This document shows, piece after piece, positions 14,553 to 22,445 of a stretch of DNA of 24,000 nucleotides. Under the pieces are notes generated by a model that ran no database searches, was not told the origin of the DNA, and saw nothing but the letters and a program-made list of their open reading frames with translations. The translations under genes and the position numbers were made by a program. Position 1 is the first letter of the stretch; every line of letters starts with the position of its first letter. The stretch lies in NCBI GenBank assembly GCA_034440555.1, contig JAWXCG010000113.1:11016-35015 (forward strand), written 5' to 3'. This DNA is from Pseudomonadota bacterium (GTDB lineage Bacteria; Pseudomonadota; Gammaproteobacteria; Xanthomonadales; Ahniellaceae).

Positions 14553-16631
14553 ATGGCAAAGCAGGAACTCGTCATTCGGATTTTGCTGGTTGAGGATTCG
14601 ATGGACACCGCGGAGCAGTTGGTCAGCATGCTGCGCAACGCCGGAATCCCTGTCCGCCCCAACCGCGCCGATTCCATGAAGGCCGTGGCACAGCAGATTG
14701 CTGACGCGCAGCCCGACTTGGTGCTGGTCAATGCCACCAACAAGCAACCGACATTTGCGGAAACCATGTCCGTGGTCGCAGCCACCGGCAAGGACATTCC
14801 AGTCATCCCTGTCCTCAAAGTGATTGATGAGGCGTCGTTCCTCGGTGCGTTTGCCGCTGGCGCGCGTGGTATTGCGTTGCTCAGCAACTCGGAACAAACG
14901 CAATTGGTAGTGCGCACGGAGTTTGCTGACCTGCATACCCGTCGATCGGTGCGGCGTCTGGAAAATGCGCTGCGCGAGGTTGAGCGGCGCTGTGATGCGC
15001 TGCTCGAGTCGTCACGTGATCCGATTGCGTTTCTGCATGAAGGCTTGCACGTGCGCGCCAACAAGGCGTATCTCGATATGTTCGGCTATGACGATTTCGA
15101 AGACCTTTCCGGTCTTTCGATTCTGGATATGGTCTCGCCCAAGTACGCCGATGATTTCAAGTCGCTGCTCAAGCGCATCTCCAAAGGAGAGAAGCCGCCC
15201 GCGCGACTCGAGCTCGAGGCGCAACATGCCAATGGCGGCAAGTTTGCTGCGCTGATGGAGTTTGCCGAAGCCACGTTTGAAGGCGAACCCTGTCTGCAAA
15301 TTACTTTCCATCGTAACGAGACCAATGCCGTGCAGGCGGAGGAGCTCAATCGACTGCGCCAGCAGGATTTGGTCACCGGACTGTTCAATCGCCAGTACTT
15401 CCTGGCGGAACTGGACAAGATCGTCGGCGAAGCTGCCAAGGGGCGAAACGATCTGAGTCTTTTGCTGATCGAAGCCGACAACTTCCGCAAGGTGCTGGAC
15501 AACGTGGGTGTGGGCAACGCGGATTTGCTGTTGTCCGACATGGCCAACCTGGTTCGAAAACAGTTGGGCGAGCGCGATATCATCGCGCGCGTTGGCGAGC
15601 AGACATTTGCCGTGCTGGTGCCGAGCGCGTCGCACGAAGAAGCACATGCACTTGCTACGCGCATGTGCAAGGCTTTTGAAGTGCATGTATTCGAGTTGAA
15701 CCAGAAGTCGGTCAATCTCACCGCAAGCATTGGCGCGGTTTTTATCGGCGAAAAAATCGCCAATGCCCAGACCATCATGGGCGAAGGCGCAAATATCCTG
15801 CGCACCGCGCAAAACGACGGCGGCAATCGCGTCAGCGTGTTCGATCCGGCGGCACAGGACAAAGCCGATGCCGAGAAGCAACGCGCCTGGTTGAACCTGG
15901 TCAAGGATGCGTTGGCCCACGACGGCTTTTCGCTTTTCTTCCAGCCGATCATCAGCATCATGGGTGAGGAAGGCGAGTTTTACGAAATCCTGTTGCGATT
16001 GAACGGCCCGAAAGGTGAAATCAGCCCCGGATTCTTCCTGCCGATTGCCGAGCGAAATGGGCTGATGCCCGCAATCGATCGCTGGGTGATCTCGCATGCC
16101 ATCAAAGTGCTGGCCGAGCGCGAACGCGAAGGCCGCAAATGCACGTTTTTCGTCAAGATCACGCCGTACTCGGTCGAAGACGCCACGCTGCTGCCGTGGG
16201 TGGCTAGTCAGCTGCAGGGGGCGCGCCTGCGCGGCGATGCCTTGGTATTCGGCATGCCGGAAAGCAAAGTCGTGACCAATCTCACCAACGTGCGTAAATT
16301 CCAGAAAGGCCTGGAACAGTTGCACAGCCATTTTGCCATCGAGCAATTTGGCAGCGGGCTCAACTCTTTCCAATTACTCAAGCACCTCGACCCCACTTAT
16401 CTGAAAGTGGATAGAACATTCATGGCCGACTTGCCCAAGAATAAGGACAGTCAGCTCAAAGTGCGGGAGATTTGCGATATGGCGCGTGCTGCGGGCAAGA
16501 TCACCATCGCCGAGTTTGTCGAAGACGCTGCCAGCATGTCGATCCTGTTTTCCTGCGGCGTCAACTTCGTGCAGGGGAATTTCCTGCAGGAGCCGGAAAA
16601 GGTCATGTCGTACGACTTCGGCGGGGCCTGA
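14553..16631 (+). CDS. fimX: FimX-like c-di-GMP receptor: phospho-acceptor-less REC + PAS + degenerate GGDEF + degenerate EAL
   Basis: 692 aa. The REC-like N-terminus is IRILLVEDSMDTAEQLVSMLRNAG...PDLVLVNA, with Asn where the phospho-Asp should be. In the GGDEF position it has GEQTF (15594-15608), and the I-site R is lost (GERD). The EAL domain has EIL (15984-15992), VKITPYS instead of the Asn loop, GMPES instead of EITES, and EQFGSG (from 16341) instead of DDFGTG, while KVD and QGN are retained. The architecture, size and loss of catalytic residues match FimX of Pseudomonas/Xanthomonas. The ortholog call is inference. Confidence 0.75.
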   Translation: MAKQELVIRILLVEDSMDTAEQLVSMLRNAGIPVRPNRADSMKAVAQQIADAQPDLVLVNATNKQPTFAETMSVVAATGKDIPVIPVLKVIDEASFLGAFAAGARGIALLSNSEQTQLVVRTEFADLHTRRSVRRLENALREVERRCDALLESSRDPIAFLHEGLHVRANKAYLDMFGYDDFEDLSGLSILDMVSPKYADDFKSLLKRISKGEKPPARLELEAQHANGGKFAALMEFAEATFEGEPCLQITFHRNETNAVQAEELNRLRQQDLVTGLFNRQYFLAELDKIVGEAAKGRNDLSLLLIEADNFRKVLDNVGVGNADLLLSDMANLVRKQLGERDIIARVGEQTFAVLVPSASHEEAHALATRMCKAFEVHVFELNQKSVNLTASIGAVFIGEKIANAQTIMGEGANILRTAQNDGGNRVSVFDPAAQDKADAEKQRAWLNLVKDALAHDGFSLFFQPIISIMGEEGEFYEILLRLNGPKGEISPGFFLPIAERNGLMPAIDRWVISHAIKVLAEREREGRKCTFFVKITPYSVEDATLLPWVASQLQGARLRGDALVFGMPESKVVTNLTNVRKFQKGLEQLHSHFAIEQFGSGLNSFQLLKHLDPTYLKVDRTFMADLPKNKDSQLKVREICDMARAAGKITIAEFVEDAASMSILFSCGVNFVQGNFLQEPEKVMSYDFGGA

Positions 16632-16837
16632 CGTTATTGCTTCAGCGGAACGGCACCATTGATTCAGTAAGGTCGGCGCGCGCTGCGTCCGCTGACGTCC
16701 ATGCAGCGCGAACTTCGGGTGGAGCGAGTGCTCCCTGATCTCTCGTCGTACACTACCCGAGCATGGGGAAATGGTTACCCTGCCGGTCATTGAACGAACT
16801 GTTTATCGATCGGCGCTAGCGAACCGAATCCCAGGCG

Positions 16838-16869
16838 AAAAAAAACCCGGCCGCGAGGCCGGGTTTTTC
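16838..16869. terminator. Bidirectional rho-independent terminator between fimX-like gene and cspA
   Basis: A8 run (16838-16845), 7-bp GC stem CCCGGCC (16846-16852) / GGCCGGG (16857-16863) with a GCGA tetraloop, then T5 (16864-16868). The A-tract/T-tract flanks allow termination on both strands. It lies 23 nt downstream of the cspA stop. Confidence 0.8.
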
Positions 16870-16891
16870 AATCTCGCGCTGTGCGCTTCGA

Positions 16892-17101
16892 TTAGGCAGC
16901 CTGAACCTGGTCAGCCTGCAGGCCCTTCGGGCCCTTGACGACGACGAAGCTCACTTTCTGGCCTTCCTGCAGCGACTTGAAGCCGGTGCCCTGGATGGCG
17001 CGGAAATGCACAAACAAATCAGCGCCGCTTTCCGGGGTGATGAAGCCAAAACCCTTAGCGTCGTTGAACCATTTGACAGTACCAACCTGACGATCTGACA
17101 T
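16892..17101 (-). CDS. cspA: Cold-shock protein, CspA family
   Basis: 69 aa: [52 protein letters not shown]... It has RNP1 KGFGFI and RNP2 LFVHF, with an AAGGAG SD upstream. Confidence 0.95.
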   Translation of the reverse strand: MSDRQVGTVKWFNDAKGFGFITPESGADLFVHFRAIQGTGFKSLQEGQKVSFVVVKGPKGLQADQVQAA

Positions 17102-17259
17102 AAACTAACTCCTTGAAACATTTGAAGGAAATCACGGCCGAAGAGTCTTCGGTCCGAGTCTGAGGTTGCAGGGAGTAGTGATCTAAACCACCAGTAGATC
17201 AACAGATCAACAGGATCAGGTCACGATGCAATGTGACCCTGCCAACACAGCGGGCGAAT

Positions 17260-17287
17260 AATATAGGCAAACGCGCGCAAATGCCAA
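17260..17287 (-). promoter_or_regulatory. Putative sigma70 promoter of cspA (TTGGCA-16 nt-TATATT), implying a ~150-nt 5' UTR
   Basis: On the minus strand the -35 is TTGGCA (plus coords 17287-17282), followed by a 16-nt spacer and the -10 TATATT (17265-17260). Both hexamers match consensus at 5/6. Long leaders are typical of cspA-type genes. Not experimentally supported here. Confidence 0.45.
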
Positions 17288-17667
17288 TATTACGTGAATG
17301 GACGTTCAGATCCTCGTTTCGGAGTCCCGTCCACCCCTTCACGCGGCTATAAGCGCACCGCGACCGAACAGAAGTGACTGCGTCGGAGCCGTCGATTCGC
17401 TATTGGCTGCCTCGCGTCTGAACACGATCCTGCTCTGACTGGACGGCTCAGCGGCTAGACGCTATGGTGCGCCGGCTTTAAGCGCTGATTCCTTTCTTCC
17501 TGACGGTTTCCCGACGTGCCCGGCCCATCGGCCTGCAACGACGGCTCCACACCGACTGGTCTCTGCGAAACACGGACGCCTCGCGCGATCCACACAGACC
17601 TGCGGCGCGGTTTTAGGGAACGCTCCGGGCAACAAACTATTCTGGCAACAGAAGACGGAGTTATCCA

Positions 17668-18984
17668 ATGTCTTTCAACACACTCGGGCTTTCGCCCGCG
17701 ATTTTGCGTGCGCTCGCCGAACTTGGCCACGACACGCCCACCCCGGTGCAGCTGAGCGCGATTCCTCTTGTTCTGGCCGGCAACGATGTGCTGGCTGCGG
17801 CGCAGACCGGCACCGGCAAGACCGGCGGCTTCGCCCTGCCGATACTCGAGCGGCTCTTTCCGGGCGGTAAGCGTGACAACGCATTGCAACGCAATCCACG
17901 CGTGCTGATCCTTACCCCGACCCGAGAATTGGCGGCACAAGTGCACGAGAGTCTGCGCGCTTACGGCAAACACCTGGGCGTGCGCAGCACGACCATCTTT
18001 GGCGGCGTGGGTATGCAACCGCAAGTAGATGCGGTCCGCCGCGGCCTCGATGTGCTGATCGCCACGCCTGGCCGCCTGATCGATCATATCGATCGTCGAA
18101 CAGTTGACCTGAGTGGCGTCAATTGCCTGGTGTTGGACGAAGCAGATCGCATGCTGGATATGGGATTCATGCCCGCCCTCAAGCGCATACTCGCAGTGCT
18201 GCCGCGCCAACAGCGACAGACACTGATGTTCTCGGCAACATTTTCCGACGAGATCAAGAAACTCGCCGCGCAGTTTCTGCGCGATCCACGCGAGGTGCAG
18301 GTCACACCGCGCAACACTATCGCCGCCAACATTTCGCATCTGGTGCATCCGGTCGATGCTGCACGCAAGCGCGATCTGCTGGTCGATGTGCTTGCCAAGG
18401 ACAGTCGCCGTCAGACCCTGGTGTTTTCACGCACCAAACATGGCGCCGACAAACTGACCACGGTGCTCATGGTCAGCGGTTTCAAGGCGGCCGCCATCCA
18501 CGGCAACAAGAGTCAGGGCGCGCGCACCAAAGCGTTGGCCGATTTCAAATCGGGCCGCATCACCATCCTGGTCGCGACCGACATTGCGGCGCGCGGATTG
18601 GATATTCCGCAGTTGCCGGTGGTAGTCAACTATGACCTTCCGATGGTCGCAGAAGATTACGTGCATCGAATCGGCCGCACCGGTCGAGCCGGCGAAGATG
18701 GCCAGGCGATTTCGCTGGTTTGTCAGGACGAGGCACACCTGTTGCGCGACATTCAACGTCTGCTCAAGCAGGAAATCCACATCGAAAATTTCCCGGGATT
18801 CACCCCGAGCCAGGCGCTGCGCGTGGATACCGCGACGAAGCCGCCAGCGCCCGGAAAATCTCGTCCTGCGCAGCACGCGCGTCGTGGTCATGTCGAAAGC
18901 AAAGGCAACAAACCGGGCGGGCATGCCAAATCGCATAGCAAATCGCAGGGGCAGCGCCGCACCTTTTCTTCCGCACGTGCCTGA
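17668..18984 (+). CDS. rhlE: ATP-dependent DEAD-box RNA helicase RhlE
   Basis: 438 aa. Q-motif FNTLGLSPAILRAL...PTPVQ, AQTGTGKT, PTRELA, LVLDEADRMLDMGF, SAT, HRIGRTGRAG. A short basic Lys/Arg/His-rich C-terminal tail is typical of RhlE. Confidence 0.9.
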   Translation: MSFNTLGLSPAILRALAELGHDTPTPVQLSAIPLVLAGNDVLAAAQTGTGKTGGFALPILERLFPGGKRDNALQRNPRVLILTPTRELAAQVHESLRAYGKHLGVRSTTIFGGVGMQPQVDAVRRGLDVLIATPGRLIDHIDRRTVDLSGVNCLVLDEADRMLDMGFMPALKRILAVLPRQQRQTLMFSATFSDEIKKLAAQFLRDPREVQVTPRNTIAANISHLVHPVDAARKRDLLVDVLAKDSRRQTLVFSRTKHGADKLTTVLMVSGFKAAAIHGNKSQGARTKALADFKSGRITILVATDIAARGLDIPQLPVVVNYDLPMVAEDYVHRIGRTGRAGEDGQAISLVCQDEAHLLRDIQRLLKQEIHIENFPGFTPSQALRVDTATKPPAPGKSRPAQHARRGHVESKGNKPGGHAKSHSKSQGQRRTFSSARA

Positions 18985-18996
18985 TCTAGTCAACGC

Positions 18997-19064
18997 GGGA
19001 GTGGCTTCAGGTGCGATTGTCCGACGAAACGACATCGCCCAGCATCGACACTGAAGCCGCTTCC
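18997..19064 (+). other. Long imperfect hairpin (14-bp arms, 40-nt loop) just downstream of rhlE
   Basis: GGGAGTGGCTTCAG (18997-19010) pairs with CTGAAGCCGCTTCC (19051-19064). As plus-strand RNA all 14 positions pair (12 Watson-Crick plus 2 G-U). No U-tract follows, so it is not a canonical intrinsic terminator. Confidence 0.4.
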
Positions 19065-19096
19065 GTCTAGACCAGTCGCCTCGCGCTCGCCCGCTC

Positions 19097-19585
19097 ATGG
19101 CGTACACACCTATTCTCGCAACTCTGGGATTTGTCCTCTCGCCGGATCGCCGGCGTGTGTTGTTGGTGCATCGCAACGCGCGACCCGACGATGCCCATTT
19201 CGGCAAGTACAACGGGTTGGGTGGCAAGATGGAGCGAGGCGAAGATGCGCTTGGCTGCATGCGCCGAGAGATTCGCGAGGAAGCCGGCATCGAGTGCACC
19301 AGCCTGCACCTACGCGGCACCATCAATTGGCCTGGCTTCGGCAAGAACGGCGAGGACTGGCTGGGTTTTCTGTTCACCATCAGCGCGTTTGACGGCGTCG
19401 AGCGCAGTCACAACGAGGAAGGCACGCTGGAATGGATCGACCTCGAGCGATTGGCGGATCTTCCGATGTGGGAAGGCGATAGACTGTTTCTGCCGATGGT
19501 TTTCGATGCTGATCCACGTCAATTTCACGGAGTGATGCCTTATCGTCACGGCCGGATGCAGAGCTGGTCGTTTCAGCGCTACTGA
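19097..19585 (+). CDS. NUDIX hydrolase, MTH1/NUDT1-like (8-oxo-dGTP diphosphatase-type)
   Basis: 162 aa. Nudix box GGKMERGEDALGCMRREIREEAGIE. The blocks YNGLGGK and DLPMWEGDRLFLPMVFDADPRQFHGVMPY parallel the WNGFGGK and [24 protein letters not shown] blocks of human MTH1 (from memory). Confidence 0.82.
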   Translation: MAYTPILATLGFVLSPDRRRVLLVHRNARPDDAHFGKYNGLGGKMERGEDALGCMRREIREEAGIECTSLHLRGTINWPGFGKNGEDWLGFLFTISAFDGVERSHNEEGTLEWIDLERLADLPMWEGDRLFLPMVFDADPRQFHGVMPYRHGRMQSWSFQRY

Positions 19586-19735
19586 ACGCCCGGCGCCGTG
19601 GCTCTGGATCGGATCGGTAAAGGTTGCAGTCAGCAACGCCGGAGCAGACTGTTGAAAGGCGCCCCCGAGGCTGGGAGTGCCAGTCGCCGAACCTGATTCG
19701 ATGCGTCCGTTTTGATGCCGCAGAAGGAGTGACCC

Positions 19736-20179
19736 ATGAAAGCCCAAGCGTTGACCACCCTGCTGATGATGATTTTTCTCGCACCGGTCGCTGTCGCGGA
19801 CGAGGCCCCAATGGTGGTTTACGCGGAGCCGACCAACGTTCGGGTTCGCACCAGCGACATCTACAGTTGGACCAGCGACAACGACACCAGCCTGGTGTTG
19901 ACCACCAAGCGTCGCGATCAATACCTGATCGAGTTCGGGCGGCCCTGTTTCAATTTGGCGCATGGCCCGAGATCGAATGCACTCGTCACTGACAGTGGCT
20001 GGCTGGATCGCAACTCGCATATTCGGCTGCTTGATCGCGACCGATTGCCGTCCGGCCAGCTGGCTGATCGCTCCTCTGGCGACTTTCTGATGCGCATGAA
20101 CACCTACAGCAGTCTGTGCGCAATCAAGAAGATCACTTCGCTCGGCAAGAAACCGCGTGTAAAACGCGAAAACGCCTGA
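19736..20179 (+). CDS. Small secreted protein of unknown function (signal peptide; resembles the DUF6491-type family)
   Basis: 147 aa with a GAAGGAG SD. Signal peptide MKAQALTTLLMMIFLAPVAVA|DE. The mature part has two Cys (RPCFNL ... SSLCAIKKITSLG) and the pattern IYSWTSDNDTSLVLTT..RDQYLIEF. The family assignment is from memory and tentative. Confidence 0.7.
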   Translation: MKAQALTTLLMMIFLAPVAVADEAPMVVYAEPTNVRVRTSDIYSWTSDNDTSLVLTTKRRDQYLIEFGRPCFNLAHGPRSNALVTDSGWLDRNSHIRLLDRDRLPSGQLADRSSGDFLMRMNTYSSLCAIKKITSLGKKPRVKRENA

Positions 20180-20204
20180 TCGAAAGCAATCAGGTTTCTT
20201 ATCG

Positions 20205-20236
20205 GCGCCCGTAGCAATGCGGGCGCTTTTGTTTTT
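20205..20236 (+). terminator. Rho-independent terminator after the secreted-protein gene
   Basis: 7-bp stem GCGCCCG (20205-20211) / CGGGCGC (20220-20226) with an 8-nt loop, followed by TTTTGTTTTT (20227-20236). It lies 25 nt after the stop at 20179. Confidence 0.75.
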
Positions 20237-20396
20237 GCGATCGCCATGGGTTCGGTTGCCGCCGAAATTTAAGACCGTTCAAAGGCATAGCCGCCTCCCG
20301 CATGGGGCTTCGGGCCGATTCGTGGTAAATAGTGCACCCATTCGCGTGCCGCGCAACGCAATCAACATTTGCGCAGCGACCTTCAGAGAATCCTTT

Positions 20397-22439
20397 ATGT
20401 CCGAGCCCTTTCCAGACGACGGCACGTCCGTCAATTTCCAACAACTTGCGTTGAGCGAGCCAGTGATGCGTGCGCTAAGTGATGTCGGCTACGAGTCGCC
20501 GTCGCCAATCCAGGCAGCAACTATTCCGCACCTGTTGGCGGGACGTGACCTGGTCGGCACCGCTCAGACCGGTACCGGCAAGACGGCAGCGTTCGCCCTG
20601 CCGATTTTGTCGCGCATCGATGTCAGCCGCCCGATCGTGCAGGCGCTGGTGCTTGCGCCGACGCGCGAACTGGCGATTCAGGTCGCCGAAGCCTTCCAAA
20701 AGTACGCAGCCCACATTCGCGGTTTCCACGTCATGCCAATTTATGGCGGCCAAAGCTACGGCCCGCAACTGCATGCGCTCAAGCGCGGCGTGCATGTGGT
20801 GGTAGGCACCCCCGGACGCGTCATCGATCATCTCGAGAAAGGCACGCTCGACATCTCGCAGTTGCAATGTCTGGTGCTGGATGAAGCCGATGAGATGTTG
20901 CGCATGGGTTTCATCGACGATGTCGAGAACGTGATCAAGCGCACGCCCGCTGGTCGCCAGGTGGCATTGTTCTCGGCGACGATGCCGGCGCCTATCCGTC
21001 GCATCGCCGGCACCTATCTGAAAAATCCGGCCGAGGTCACGATCCGCGGCAAGACCTCCACCGCCGTCAACACGCGCCAGCGCTACTGGCTGGTCAGCGG
21101 CGTGCAGAAGCTCGACGCACTCACGCGCATCCTCGAAGCCGAGACCTTCGATGGCATGATCATTTTTTCGCGTACCAAGATCAGCACCGATGAGCTGGCC
21201 GCAAAGCTCGAGGCACGGGGCTTTTCCGCGGCAGCCATCAATGGCGATATTCCCCAGGCCCTGCGCGAGAAGACCATCCAGCGCCTCAAGGACGGCCATC
21301 TCGACATCCTGGTCGCCACCGACGTAGCAGCGCGCGGTCTGGACGTTGACCGCGTCAGTCACGTAGTCAATTACGACATTCCTTACGACACCGAAGCCTA
21401 CGTTCATCGCATTGGCCGCACCGGTCGCGCCGGACGCAGCGGCGATGCGATTTTGTTTGTAACGCCGCGCGAACGCGGCATGCTGCGCGCGATCGAGCGC
21501 GCCACGCGGCAACCGATTGAACCGATGGCACTGCCGACCATCGATGACGTCAATACGCACCGGATCGGAAAATTCAAGCAACAGATCACCGACGCACTGG
21601 CCAAGAGCGATTTGGGCATCTATCGGAATCTGATCGAGCAATACGAGACCGAACACGACGTGCCCGCGGTCGAAATTGCGGCCGCTCTGGCGCGCATTGC
21701 GCAACGCGACACGCCCCTGCTGCTCGAGACGCCAAAGCGTCCGGAACGCGGCGAATGGGAACGACGAGCCGAAGCGCGTGGTGATCGCCCGGCGCATGAA
21801 TTACGTAGTGATCGCCCGGCGCAGGATTCGCGTTTCCAGGGCGAGCGCACGGAGCCTGTGCGAGCACGCCCTGAGTTTGCTCCCCGTCCGGATCGTGTCG
21901 AACGCAGCGAGTCGCGACCGGTACGCGAGCGCGTGGCAGAGTCAATTGAACCGGAAGTTGCGCGCGTCAGCCGTGAACGAGTCGATAGCAGCCCGCCGGG
22001 CTCCAGCGAAAATATCCCCGCGAACGACATTTCTGCCCGTGGCGACGCACGCCCGGAACGCAGCAAACGCAGCGCGCGCGGCGACGAGCCCGGTATGGAG
22101 CGCTTTCGTATTGAGGTTGGGCACAGTCATAACGTCCAACCCGGCAATATTGTCGGCGCCATTGCCAATGAAGCGGAGCTGGACAGCAAGCACATCGGCC
22201 GCATCGAGATTTTCGATGAGTTCAGTCTGGTCGATCTGCCCGAAGGCATGCCCGATGATCTGATGGAGCACTTGCAGAACGTCTGGGTGGGCGGGCAACG
22301 GCTGCGCATTTCGCGCGCGACCGACGCAGACTCGAGCGCGGTTCCGCTACCGCGTAGCAAGCCCGGATTCAATGACAAGCCGCGCGGCGGATTCAAACCC
22401 GGCTTTCGATCCGACAAGCCCAAGCGCCCGCGCTTCTGA
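20397..22439 (+). CDS. deaD: Cold-shock DEAD-box RNA helicase DeaD/CsdA
   Basis: Track ORF 20217..22439 (+). I place the start at ATG 20397 (MSEPFPDDGTSVNFQQLALSEPVMRAL), because the upstream 60 codons run through the terminator. This gives 680 aa. Motifs: PSPIQ, AQTGTGKT, PTRELA, LVLDEADEMLRMGF, SAT, HRIGRTGRAG. It also has an Arg/Glu/Pro-rich linker and a C-terminal DbpA/DeaD RNA-binding domain (FRIEVGHSHNVQPGNIVGAIANEAELDSKHIGRIEIFDEFSLVDLP). Confidence 0.9.
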   Translation: MSEPFPDDGTSVNFQQLALSEPVMRALSDVGYESPSPIQAATIPHLLAGRDLVGTAQTGTGKTAAFALPILSRIDVSRPIVQALVLAPTRELAIQVAEAFQKYAAHIRGFHVMPIYGGQSYGPQLHALKRGVHVVVGTPGRVIDHLEKGTLDISQLQCLVLDEADEMLRMGFIDDVENVIKRTPAGRQVALFSATMPAPIRRIAGTYLKNPAEVTIRGKTSTAVNTRQRYWLVSGVQKLDALTRILEAETFDGMIIFSRTKISTDELAAKLEARGFSAAAINGDIPQALREKTIQRLKDGHLDILVATDVAARGLDVDRVSHVVNYDIPYDTEAYVHRIGRTGRAGRSGDAILFVTPRERGMLRAIERATRQPIEPMALPTIDDVNTHRIGKFKQQITDALAKSDLGIYRNLIEQYETEHDVPAVEIAAALARIAQRDTPLLLETPKRPERGEWERRAEARGDRPAHELRSDRPAQDSRFQGERTEPVRARPEFAPRPDRVERSESRPVRERVAESIEPEVARVSRERVDSSPPGSSENIPANDISARGDARPERSKRSARGDEPGMERFRIEVGHSHNVQPGNIVGAIANEAELDSKHIGRIEIFDEFSLVDLPEGMPDDLMEHLQNVWVGGQRLRISRATDADSSAVPLPRSKPGFNDKPRGGFKPGFRSDKPKRPRF

Positions 22440-22445
22440 GCCCGC

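Noticed and set aside
15012-16373. 453-aa ORF on the minus strand, and the 291-aa ORF at 15086..15961, antisense to the FimX-like gene
   Set aside because: These are shadow ORFs typical of GC-rich coding DNA. Their composition is Arg/Ala/Gln/His-rich and repetitive. They have no recognisable domain, start context or SD. The opposite strand carries a complete multi-domain protein with clear motifs.
17179-17216. GATC cluster as a replication-origin or Dam/SeqA-type element
   Set aside because: There are only four sites, all generated by one 8-mer duplication. There are no DnaA boxes nearby: the closest, TTATCCAAT at about 17659-17667 (ending at the A of the rhlE ATG), is single and imperfect. 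There is no AT-rich unwinding element or origin-linked gene.
17455-19380. 297-aa and 317-aa minus-strand ORFs overlapping rhlE and the NUDIX gene
   Set aside because: They are antisense to two well-supported genes and are low-complexity and Arg-rich, with no family resemblance.
20475-21797. 440-aa minus-strand ORF antisense to deaD
   Set aside because: It is the same kind of artefact. Long antisense ORFs opposite DEAD-box helicase genes are a known source of spurious annotations. No motifs or SD, and the sense strand is unambiguous.
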